Below, one piece after another: positions 1 to 11,560 of a stretch of DNA of 64,000 nt. The stretch's first letter is position 1; the number at the start of each line of letters is the position of its first letter. This stretch comes from Eledone cirrhosa (taxonomy: Eukaryota). Both the position numbers and the translations under genes were made by a program. The notes under the pieces are model-generated. The model did not search any database. It was not told where the DNA came from and saw nothing but the letters and a program-made list of their open reading frames with translations. Location: contig OZ024740.1 of NCBI GenBank assembly GCA_964016885.1, positions 394,754,001 through 394,818,000 on the forward strand. The letters are read 5' to 3'.

Positions 1-129
1 ATTTTATTTTTTTATTTGTTTTCAGGGTGTTTTTTGGTGGTGGTGAAGTGGGGGGTCGGTTTTTCTATGAGTATTTTTGTGTGTTTTTCTCTGCTGTTGT
101 AATTTATCATAGATAAGATGCTTTTATAT

Positions 130-258
130 TTATACACACACGTACACACACACACACACACACACGGACGCACACAAACTCAAGCATACACACATACAAG
201 CACACACAAGCTCATGCACACAGAGGCACACATACACACAGACAGACACACAAACACA

Positions 259-292
<34 letters not shown>

Positions 293-295
293 AAG

Positions 296-336
<41 letters not shown>

Positions 337-439
337 CGTATATATATATGTACAATATATAAATATATATACACACACATATATATATACATATATATAT
401 ACGTATATACATATATGTATAATATATAAATGTATATAT

Positions 440-490
<51 letters not shown>

Positions 491-608
491 CATATGTATA
501 TACATATATACATATATATATATACATATATATATATATGTATGTATATATATATATGTATGTATATATATATATATACATATATATACATACATACATA
601 TATACATA

Positions 609-665
<57 letters not shown>

Positions 666-886
666 TGTGGGTGTTCTGTGTTCTATTGCTCTGTTTGTCT
701 TGTTTCTGCTTTGACTTATTACATAACAATTTTTGGTGGAGGTTAGTTTTTGTTTTCTTCTGCTGCTTTGTTTACAAACAGATGTGTTTGAATTTCTGCA
801 GTTGAATGTGTCATGCCTATAACACAAAAACAAACAAACACCCACATTCACATGCATACAACATACATATATCGCCACACCATCAT

Positions 887-941
<55 letters not shown>

Positions 942-979
942 CATATATACATATATATATATATATGCATATATATGTG

Positions 980-1041
<62 letters not shown>

Positions 1042-1046
1042 CATAG

Positions 1047-1108
<62 letters not shown>

Positions 1109-1215
1109 CTGTGTGTGTGTGTATGTGTGTTTGTGTATGTGTGTGTGTATGTTTGTGTATGTGTGTGTGTGTGTGCTGTGTGTGTATGTGTGTGAGTGTA
1201 TGTCTGTGTGTGTAC
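130..1215. repeat. Compound (CA)n/(TA)n/(TG)n microsatellite field
   Basis: Long dinucleotide runs; they generate the [12 protein letters not shown] pseudo-ORFs. Confidence 0.95.
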
Positions 1216-1714
1216 TATGTGTCAGTATGAATATATACAAACTCATATCTATATAGAGATAAATAATCGTATGTAGAAATTTATTTCAATAATCTATTGT
1301 AATGGTTTCCTAAATTGCCATTCCAGTCGTTTGACAGCGAAAGAAAAAACTACGAACAAACAAACTAATACGGATATTAGTGTTGGGGACATGGGAAAAT
1401 ATAGAATAAAGAGAAAAACTATAGAAAATACAAGAGACATATAAACAAACTTGACAGTCAATTGTGTATGTGTTTATGTTGATAATACGCGTTTGTGTGT
1501 GTGTGGGTGTGTGTGCGTGTGTGGGTGTGTGGGTGTGTGGGTGTGTGGGTGTGTGGGTGTGGGTGTGTGTGTGTGTGGGTGTGTGTTTTAAATGAATGAA
1601 AACAAGCTTTTTGTCAAGATATCTAATATGCACAAACGTAGAAATGTAGAAAAGCATAAACACGCAGACAAACACGCACACATACAAACTTATATCAATA
1701 GATACACGCACATA

Positions 1715-1785
<71 letters not shown>

Positions 1786-1934
1786 TTATATATATATATG
1801 GGGGTGGTGTGATTATATAATATATATATAGATAATTTTTAGAATTAGTAAAACACTGTTTATGACTTGGATAAAAAAATATATAATTTAGGCACAACAC
1901 CAGCAAATTTTTTTTTGATCAAATAATTACGGAC

Positions 1935-2320
1935 GTCCCTGCTGCATATTCCACATCTGATATATTTACATGTTTTAGTGGAAAAATTGGAAATATTTTC
2001 TGATGTAAATTTAACCCTTGTGAGGTGTTTTTTTGTTTGTTTTTTCCTTTTGGTTTTTTACAGGGTTTTCTTTGGTTTGCGTTTGTTGTTGATTTAAGTT
2101 TATTTCACTAGATCTTTAGTTTTTGTGTTTTGGAACAGGATTGATAGGTTTGCTTTAATGGTGGGAAATATGTTTGGTACTTTTGGATTTATCAAATAGA
2201 ATAATAAAATTGCAAATTTTTGTCTAGGGTCCCAATTTCAGATGTATCCAGTTCCTCTATTTTTTTAATCCTGACTTCTATTACATTCGATGGAATTTTT
2301 TTAATTGTTGGGCCAAATAT
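1935..2320 (-). pseudogene. Penelope-like element fragment (RT-to-endonuclease linker)
   Basis: Manual minus-strand translation: NPKVPNIFPTIKANLSILFQN..INNKRKPK..HLTRVKF..TCKYIRCGIC, resembling the Cx4CxxC linker of Neptune-type PLEs. Contains stops. Confidence 0.65.
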
Positions 2321-2710
2321 AATAAACTTACCGAAACGTAAACTAAACAAAAGTGAAAATTTATTATTTTAAAGGGTTTCAAATTTACTTTCACACCAAT
2401 ATTAACTACCACTACATTAGGAGCGGACATTCATAGCTTCATTGAGCGCTTCCGTCTGAATAAAGTTGTCTACAAGATGGATGAAGTCGAATCTCTTGTC
2501 GGGAATGAATTTAATTTCACTGCATATAGAGGACGAGATGAACATTTAGACACCTATATTGATACAACTTCTAGAATTCCTAATCATACACATAAACTCA
2601 CATAAAACCTCCGAATGGGAAAGAAAGAAACCCTACAAGTAGTTAAAACAAAAATACAATTATTCTAAAAGCGGGGCAATTGTCGTCATGGATAAAGATT
2701 TTATAAATAT
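2320..2710 (+). pseudogene. Penelope-like element N-terminal fragment, inverted relative to its neighbour
   Basis: Manual translation across frameshifts: INLPKRKLNKSENLL..KGFKFTFTP..LGADIHSFIERFRL..GAIVVMDKDFY, typical of the PLE N-terminal/DKG region. Confidence 0.6.
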
Positions 2711-2822
2711 ATAATACGTATATTATAATAAGTAACACAAGAAAATCACTACAAAGCAGAAACAAGAAATCTGAACAAAACAACTTTAAACAAACGCTTT
2801 AACAACTCTGCCATTTTACCAT

Positions 2823-2912
2823 TGTTTTTGTTGTTTTTGTTTTTGTTTTTGTTTTTGTTTTTGTTTTTGTTTTTGTTTTTGTTTTTGTTTTTGTTTTTGT
2901 TTTTGTTTTTGT
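2823..2912. repeat. (TTTTTG)n hexanucleotide repeat
   Basis: Direct reading. Confidence 0.95.
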
Positions 2913-3461
2913 GGTTTTTGTTTTGTTTGGGTTTTTTTGTTTTTGCTTTTTTTCTTTCTTTTTTTTTGTAGTCGCGGCTATCCGACTTGACAACGGTGCA
3001 TGTTTCATATCATGTCACGGACTCTGCATTTCGTCTCTGGCCAAGTGATTTAACATCATATTGGTTCGTCCAGTAATCTTTAGTTATAAATATGCATCAA
3101 CGCGTAGGAATACTTTGCTTCTGAATGAATTCAGTTTGAATTCAGAAAGACGAATCTAGACACAGTAATGCATTTATTTCAGCGCTAAGCTGTCAACACC
3201 GATTCTATATATATAAGATGGAAGCAGATAAGGATATTTATTATACAGGACGATTGATTTTTAACGTTGATACAAGGCAAAGCATTATTGGTGCGTGGGT
3301 TGGGGATTAGACGATCACATTAATAGAGTACTTGACTAGTACTCTGTTTTCATGACCTCGGAAGGATGAAAAGCAAAGTCACCTGGAACCCATTAAATTG
3401 ATCCTCCTCAGGGATGGTAACAAGTGTCTATTCGTCTTTTTTGCTTTATCAGCATCATCAT

Positions 3462-3621
3462 ATTCTTCTTCTTCTTCTTCTTCTTCTTCTTCTTCTTCTT
3501 CTTCTTCTTCTTCTTCTTCTTCTTCTTCTTCTTCTTCTTCTTCTTCTTCTTCTTCTTCTTCTTCTTCTTCTTCTTCTTCTTCTTCTTCTTCTTCTTCTTC
3601 TTCTTCTTCTTCTTCTTCTTC
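3462..3621. repeat. (CTT)n trinucleotide repeat
   Basis: About 50 perfect units; source of the poly-S/L/F/R ORFs. Confidence 0.97.
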
Positions 3622-3692
3622 GTCGTCGTTGTCGTCGTCTTCTTTTCTGCTTTTCTTTCACTTTTTCTCCCTGATCATCTTTTCATATGTAA

Positions 3693-3730
<38 letters not shown>

Positions 3731-4461
3731 ACACACACATATGTACACACACGCACACACATAGACACACACACAATAAGAAAACAACGTCGTGTCTTAA
3801 ATGTCTTAAATGTCTTAAATGGTGGTTTCTGTGGGGGTGGGGGTGGGGGGGTTCGTTGATGTTGAGGTTGGTGGACTGAAAGAGAATGTTAGAATCAGGT
3901 GTAAATCTGGCAGTGAGCCATAAAATAATAGTGTGTCTTGGTGAATATAACAACGGTTTCCTTTAAGTAGATTTACTGCGATAATTCTCTGCACTTTCCC
4001 TTGAATCCATTAACACAAGCAAATTACAAACGACTCAGTTTGGCAAATAAAAAACAGTTAAGTTAGATCAACGCTTTACCTACTACAGTGACTAGCTTTC
4101 TACTTCAACACGTCTCTTTTACTCTTTCTTTTCTTTCCTCTCTGTCTCTCTGAAGCGCGTTATTTTATTTCCTCCTCTCTTCTTGTCTGTATATCTGTAT
4201 CTGACTCTATCTCCTCACTATATGTTTCAACCTATTAATTTTTATTTATTTCTCTGACAATATACCTTACATTCTTTCCTTTCTTCTCCCACTTTCTCTT
4301 CATTTCTCTCTTAATTAACTCTGTCTTTCTCTCGGTCTGTGTTTCTGTACCTATCTTTCACCTCCTTAATGTATTGTCTACATGTATATATCAGTATATC
4401 TCATTCTGTCTTTGGTTTTAGCTTTCTCTCACATATCCAAACATTCATTCTCTTTCTCGCT

Positions 4462-4500
<39 letters not shown>

Positions 4501-4518
4501 AATATATATATATATATA

Positions 4519-4598
4519 CAGGGTGACCCCAACAAAAATGTATACACACCCCAAAAGCATTCTAATAATATGTATATACATTTTGGGGGGACACCCTG
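4519..4598. mobile_element. 80-bp Tc1/mariner-type MITE
   Basis: CAGGGTGACCCCAACAAAAATGTATA ... TATACATTTTGGGGGGACACCCTG inverted termini in a TA context. Confidence 0.7.
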
Positions 4599-5010
4599 AA
4601 TATATATATGTGTGTGCGTGTGTGTATCTCCCCTTCTTTCTCTTTCTTTCTCTCTAGATGTTATGCCCCCTCTCTCTCTCTACCTCTCTATATATCTCCA
4701 AATTCCATATCCGCTAACCTAGCAACCTACAGTTCTGAAAGAAGTCAACGAGGGCAACACCACTTTCAATTTAAATGAATCAATAGCCGCCATGAGGATT
4801 TCACAAGGATTATTATTATTAAGTTCCGGTTTTCACGATAAGTTCAAATACACCGTGGTTGATGTTGCCATTCATCCTTCCGGGATCGATTATAGTTACC
4901 GGTCAAATACTGAGATCGAAACCACTGATTCTTCTTCTTCTTCTTCTTCTTCTTCTTCTTCTTCTTCTTCTTCTTCCACTATGTATGTATGCATTTATGT
5001 ACTATACACT

Positions 5011-5145
5011 AATAATTGTTTCTACTTTAGGCACAAGGCCAGCAATTACCCAGTGCCTTACTGGTACTTTATTTTATCGACCCCGTAAGGATGAAAGGCA
5101 AAGTAAACCTCGGCGGGATTTGAACTCAGAATGGCAAGGACCGTA
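5011..5145 (-). mobile_element. SINE family A (5'-truncated)
   Basis: Reverse complement of GTTCAAATCCCGCCGAGG...GCCTTTCATCCTTACGGGGTCGATAAAATAAAGTACCAG, shared with more than 10 copies in the window. Confidence 0.85.
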
Positions 5146-6249
5146 ACCAATTGAACGATTTGCTCCTTGAATTCGTTCGTGTATGCAAAGTGGTTGAGTA
5201 TTCCACAGACATACGTAACCTAACCCTAACATCGAATCAGCGTGACAGCTTGACAAAGCTGCACATTTAAATTATAGATAACTACCTGACATTTGTAAAT
5301 TATTCTATGTACTATACATGCACCTTTGATGAGTTGTATTGCACCTGAGCACTGTACACAATAATTTCATTATTATTATTATATTACCCTCTCATTCTGT
5401 CTCTGTCTCTCTCTCCCTCCCCCTTCCTCCCTCCCCCCCTCTCTCTCTCTCTCTCTCTCTGCTATCAAAATATTTTTTAGCACAAGGTATCGTTTCAAAT
5501 AGCCAGAATCACAATATTTTGACTCAACTAAAGAAACATACTATTTCCTGTTTCAATATAAATCACTAGTTGAGAAATGATTTCAAATTCATTGATTATA
5601 TTTTTCCATCAACACACAAGTTATTTGATACGATACGAAACCCTGTTGTGTTACTCCAACAATTCATGGGAAAATCAACATGTTTCTAAGATGTTTTTGA
5701 GAGACTCTGTGGGTGGTATTTTGAATGGCTGGCAGAATTATTTCTTTAGAGAGAGTAACTATGACTCAATATGTTTTGCCAATATGTCACGAGCCTAAAT
5801 AAGCTCAGCACGATAAGAACAATTGGCCACCACAAGCATTGAACGCACAGTAATATTGATAAAGATTATCTTGAAATGACACACTGAGTTTATCATTACA
5901 CCTTTGTAAGTAGAAAGTATTTGTAAGAAGCTAACAGAACAGTCTATTTACTTCTAATAGTCTATGCTGAAGATATTTCAAAATAAATGTGCCAGAGTTG
6001 TCCGCCGCATCAACCAACTATTATTATATTTTGAAAAGAAAATATCACAGCTCTCTGCGTACTGAGTTCATATACGACCGCGGTCATCTTTTATTCCAAG
6101 TAAGGCGATAGGGGTTTGTTTCAGATCTATTCATTCTGACTGCAAATTCATCACCTTACTGTAGCAATATTATTGCATAGAGACTGCCCGTGGGACTCTA
6201 ATAAATTCACAAAGCTCATGGACGTTCGTTCATAAGTCCTGTGCATTCG

Positions 6250-6333
<84 letters not shown>

Positions 6334-6341
6334 ATATGTAT

Positions 6342-6515
6342 ATATGAAAAGATTCAGGAACCCGATGGCTGTTTCGACAGCTAGATCTGAACTAAGTAAC
6401 CGACAGCCCTCGGGGTCCTGAATCTTTTCATATTACCCACTCTACTACCCCAACTATCGAGTACTCTGGTGCGTTATGGTCCACCTGGTATCTTACCACA
6501 CCCTCCTTGTTCTTA
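6342..6515 (+). mobile_element. TA-embedded hairpin+tail mini-element (PLE terminus)
   Basis: ATATGAAAAGATTCAGGAACCCGATGGCTG / CAGCCCTCGGGGTCCTGAATCTTTTCATAT arms followed by an ~80 nt tail similar to that at 62784-62860. Confidence 0.65.
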
Positions 6516-6756
6516 TATATATATAATAAGTTGACTGGACTAGCATGGATTTCACTGCTAGTACTAGTTGCATCTCGGTGTATTCAATAGATAATGTTAT
6601 GTAGTACAGTTAGTATATTTGATTAATTTAGAGTATTTTGAAAAGTCTATAATATTGCACACGATTCTTTGTTATCTTAGAAGTAGGAAGTATAATTGTA
6701 AACTTTAAATGTTGCTATATAAGAGGGTTAATGGTATTCCTGTATTATTAAGTGAA

Positions 6757-6948
6757 GGGCGGTGGATTGGCAGTATCGGTAGAGGGTCGGACGCCATGCT
6801 TTGTAGAACAGTTACGTCCCTTTACGGACTGAGCTCAAATCCCGCCGAGGTTAACTTTGCCTTTCATCCTTACGGGGTCGATAAAATAAAGTACCAGTAA
6901 TACACTGGGATAATTGCTGGCCTTGTGCCAAAAGTAGAAACAATTATT
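6757..6948 (+). mobile_element. SINE family A, full length
   Basis: tRNA-like head (TGGCAGTATCGG A-box-like, GCTCAAATCC B-box-like), conserved core GCCTTTCATCCTTACGGGGTCGATAAAATAAAGTACCAG and ATTATT tail. Confidence 0.85.
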
Positions 6949-7159
6949 GAGTGAAGAAAATGCAAAATGTTGTTGGCTGCCCGTTATCGTTTTAGTGCCA
7001 GATATTGACTGATTATGTAATAGGTCTATAGTTGCACTGGTTTATTTGACCGCTAGTTACAGACTATAGAGAAGAATTATTGTAACGCTTTATTATTTCA
7101 ACATTAAAATGAATGGAAATGTTGTGTATTTGAAATACAGTAGTAAAATTGTTAAAGCA

Positions 7160-8640
7160 AATAATAATAATAACAATTATTTTATTGGCCACAAGGACCG
7201 ACATATAGGGGACAATACAAAGAAAAAGGACAGTGGGGGATAATAGAAAAATCGAGCCTTTGTAGGCACCCAGCGACATTTGTACCATCATTAAAGATTC
7301 AGACACTTTAAATGTGCTGGTGTCAAAATCTCCTCCTTTTTCAATTTCTTTACTCCTTGCTAAAAGGGCCAAAATTTCTTCATTGGACCTTCTTTCTGTT
7401 CGTGGTGTTGTTTGCGTGTTCGTATGTTTTCTTTTGGTTGTGGTAGTTTTGATGATGATGTCGATGATTGTTGTGTTGCCAGTTGGGTTTTGGTGGAGGT
7501 GGTGTTGTTTCAGATGTGTTTGTGTTTAGTTGGGTGTGCGTTTTGTGTTTTCTAGAGTGGTGTCTAGCTGTGAGTGTGGTCTGACGATTTGTTTGAGTGA
7601 CTTTTTTTTTCGATTTCTGTGTTTTCATTTTACCTTCACTGACACAGGTCTGATAATGGTATGGGTGCAAGTGTGTTTTTGACTTTGAGTAAATGTGTTT
7701 ATAGCGGGTTGAGAGAGAGTCTGAGGGAAGATGAGGGAGAGGAACAGGGATTTTGATGGACCCACTGGATACTTTTGTTGGAGTTTGTTGTTGTTGGGTG
7801 TGGTTCAGCCGCTGCTATTGGTGATATTATTGATGCCGTCGTTGCTGCTGTTGTTGCTGATGAAGATGTTGTTACTGCAGCTGTTGTAGTTCGTTGCTGC
7901 TGTGTGGTGGTGGCTGTTGAGGCCCTTGTGGGGGTGGGGTGGCTGTGGTTTCCTGCCTTGTGCAATGGGCAGAAATATCTCAAGTGGTGCGTCTGCCCAC
8001 AACGATTGCTAAGAGGCATCTTCCCTTCCACATTAATGTGGAGTTCTACTCCATCCGGCAAGCGAATAAGGTCTTTTTCTGGTTTGATATGGAGGATTAC
8101 CGCTACACTGATCGCAGAAAATCTTTCTTTTTCAGGCCTCTTCATCTCGAGCAGTTTGTTGCTCCGATCGAAGACCATTCATGCCAGGATCCACCAGATA
8201 TCCAGCTCTGGCGAGATTCCTTCAATCTGAACTTTACAGCCCTTCTTCCCAAGTACGCCGTATAGAGCATGACATATCTCTCCGGCGGAGAACCATGGAA
8301 TTTTGTACGGCCAGGAATTCATTCTTGAAGAACACTGTAAAAGCACCAAACAGCGTAGCTCTAGCAGTCCGGCAATATGGTTTTCAGCGATCTTTCAATA
8401 TCATGAGGAGGTACTGCTTCTCTTGTTGTTGTTGTTGACGTTATCATTGTTGTTGTTGCTGCTTTTGCTGTTGTTGTTGCTGTGGCTGCTGCTGCTGCTA
8501 ATTGCTGTTTAATTCTGCGGATGGCCGGCTTTTCCTTTCAGCAAACGTACATTCCTCGTCAGCCATCTTGTTTTTTTAAAGAAAAATTGAGGGGTGTGTT
8601 TGATAAACAAACCTCGGTTTAATCCCTAAGGGCTGCTGGT
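7160..8640 (-). mobile_element. L1/Tx1-like ORF1-only non-LTR element (decayed)
   Basis: ATG in an AAGATGG context at 8566, low-complexity N-terminus, degenerate zinc knuckle SNRCGQTHHLRYFC in ORF 7699-8178, 3' end with AATAAA and (TTA)n near 7160-7190. No RT visible. Confidence 0.5.
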
Positions 8641-8826
8641 AGAGATAAACTAACCAGAAGTTACTGGATAATTTAACAACAAAACAGTAACACATGTTCA
8701 ATACAATAGCTTGAATAGCTGTGAAAATAGAGCAAACTTACACGAGCAATGTGAACCTTATCTCGAAAGATTCAACAGCAAACATAATAACAACAACAAC
8801 AATAATGATACGTATATTTTATTTTT

Positions 8827-8873
<47 letters not shown>

Positions 8874-9319
8874 TTTTAAAGATAATCAATTCAGCTTCCC
8901 ATGCTCCGATATATAAAATTCATAACATATCTTGTAAAAGATATTGATTTTCAGCATTGACAAAACGTGACACATTTTCAGTGAGGAAATACATAATTAT
9001 ATTGAGCCTAGTACTTCCTTGGCACATTTATTTTATCAACCCAGGAAGAATAGAAAGACTAAGTGGTCATAGAGGGATTTGAACTCAGAACATAAAGAAG
9101 CGTAACTTGATACCGAAAAACATTTCCATCGAAGCTTTTCGGATAATTTACTACCATACTTAATAATATTGATTTTTGACGGTGAAGAGTGGAGTAGGGC
9201 ACTCTTGCAGGCTTCTAATTTTCTGACAAAGCGACGTGTAACCATTTGTAATGGTGCAAATATATTGAAGATATTTACTTCAGTGAACTTATAGAATTGA
9301 ATTAAATCCAACATGTTAT

Positions 9320-9522
9320 TGAGGTATCCTCTACATGGTTGCTTGATTTGCTAGTATTAGAATTCTCAAGTTACACCGTTATGGAAAGGGATAATCACAT
9401 TGGCTAATTAAACCTAGATACGATATGTCCGAGGGGAGGACGAGGTGTCGTAGGAGTAAAGGTTTAGATCTTAGGTATGCTTAGTAACGATTGGACTAGG
9501 TTGAACAACAACAAAAACAACA
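9320..9522 (+). mobile_element. Dispersed ~200-bp repeat family H, decayed copy with (AAC)n tail
   Basis: CCTCTACATGGTTGCTTGATTTGCTAG head and AACAACAAC tail; similar to about 15 segments elsewhere. Confidence 0.55.
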
Positions 9523-9632
9523 ATAGCTAAATACAGAAATGCTTTAGTGTGGTCCGTTGCTGTCTGTGTCATCATCTAATACAACAGTTGTAATTCTAAG
9601 TGAGGTCATATTTGTTGAAGGTGAAAGATGGT

Positions 9633-9769
9633 CAGAGATGCTTTTTCTTGTGAAAATAGGTATAGCTTTCATTATGTAAAATCTCCCAATTTTACTTCAT
9701 TTCTCAACGTTTTTAGGCACTTTTTTTCATGGTACTCCCCGTTTAGGTTTTTAGAAGTTGGCTCGTCTG
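9633..9769. mobile_element. Partial copy of the MITE at 61914-62093
   Basis: CTTGTGAAAATAGGTATA...GGTACTCC..GTTGGC.GTCTG shared with the 61.9-kb copy. Confidence 0.7.
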
Positions 9770-11393
9770 AAATAATAAACAGATTAACTCTATAACGATT
9801 AGGTACTGCAGTGTTTAAAATATCTATTCGTGCAACGAATTTAGAAAATACGTATTCCGTTAAATTATATTAATGCATTAATTCTATATAAAAATTATCA
9901 CTTCTGTGATTTTTAAAGTGTGGATATTTCATTTTCTATTGTTTATAGTATCATATTCTCCAACTGATAAAGTCTTCTTTGCTACATTTTACTTTTTAAA
10001 GATAAATTATGCATTCTTGGTTAATCAAATCAAGTAAGTGTAAAGTAGTTTAAGTGACATGAGTTCACTATGAAATCACTGTTCTCACTTTGAAGTGATA
10101 TGCTTTCACTTAGAATCATATCAATAAAATTAAAGTAATACAATGTTGAAAATCTCCGAAGGATTAAGAATAATTTAATACCTAGTAATTTCAAAATAGA
10201 TGAATCATATATGAACTAGAGAGCCTAACTTGAAGTATGCTATGTTTTACAAATCATGAAGCTTCGGAACTCATTTTAAATATTTCGCCATAAATGACTA
10301 TATCACTAAAGATGTCTTCAATACACTGTCTATATTTTGTCAGGAAAGCAAGCTTAAATAATAAATCCGGTTAATTAAAATATATTTCTGTTTAAACGTA
10401 GGTTTCTCAAGACGATTGAATTACTTGATCCCCATACTCATTAAATCCTTAGTCAATGACAGAACTTCTACATGATCACCTTAGAAATAACAGCCAAATC
10501 CCTCTCGAATGACACTTTATCGTCTTAAAATGAATGTTGATCTGACATATAATATTTCTGAAAAAGAAATATGGGATCTTTGGGGAGAGTCATGATGACT
10601 TCAATGTTATTTATATATCTTCTCCATCCTGCCACCTTTGAGTTAAATATCAACAATTCATTGAATATCCTTACTCAATCAGAAGCTGATTATAAATTTG
10701 AAAATATCTGTTCTCTGCTGTTATTCTACACTTCATACTTATGTGTTACTTACAGAGTTGCAGAATCTTCGTTCCAAAGTATTGCAAAGGGCTAAAAATG
10801 CAAGATTGTCATAGAAAAAAGACGTTCACACAGCTTATTCCAAAACAACTTTTAAGGAATGGTGAAAACATTTTCTACAGGTGAAGTTCAAAATGTATAC
10901 ATAATAATATAGCAACTTTAAGAAATATAACGACAAACTATTTTGACTGGTATTTTATTCTTTATTGGAGAATTTATTAATCAGTCTTAAGCAACGCGTA
11001 ACTTAAAATGTAAAAAAGACTTTTGATTGCAGCAGTTAAAGTTTTTGACAGTGAAGAATAAAACGAATTGTTTGTAGAAAATATTTCAGAAATTTGAAAG
11101 TCTGTGGTTATTTCTTATATACAGCTCTTCGTGGAAATCGGAAAGAATCCGAGTAAATTTATGATAATGATGTTTTCTTTATTAATAGGACTGTTCAAAA
11201 CTTTGTTGATTCATATATGGCTAATGAGGTGTAGCTGGTTAAAATAAATTCCGATCTGAAAAAATAAGAGATATTTTGTGGATTTCATCAAATCCTATGA
11301 AATGTTCATAATGTTTGCAAACACCTTCACTACCGTGCGAAAGTTTAACATACTTTTTGTAACACATTTCCTAATATGGAAATTGATTACTTA

Positions 11394-11560
11394 CGAGGAT
11401 CGGCTGAAAAGTTCATAGACTGAACAAAATACTCTCGTTGGAATGACCAAATAAGGTTTATTTTTCTATATAAGAATAGTTGAAATTAATGCATGTAGGA
11501 TTTCACAGCCTTAGCATCACTCCTTCATAGTTAGCCGATGAACTTTTCAACCAGCCCTCG
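11394..11560. mobile_element. Mariner-type MITE
   Basis: TA|CGAGGATCGGCTGAAAAGTTCATAGACT ... AGCCGATGAACTTTTCAACCAGCCCTCG|TA: inverted termini with a TA target duplication. Confidence 0.85.

Noticed and set aside
118-1246. Long [12 protein letters not shown] ORFs here and at 17.9-24.1, 37.3-38.4, 41.6-42.0, 50.8-55.2 and 61.2-61.6 kb
   Set aside because: Translations of stop-free dinucleotide microsatellites; no coding signal.
3398-3859. Poly-S/L/F/R ORFs
   Set aside because: They arise from the (CTT)n repeat.
5215-5230. Telomeric TAACCC repeat
   Set aside because: Fewer than three degenerate units, inside a repeat fragment.
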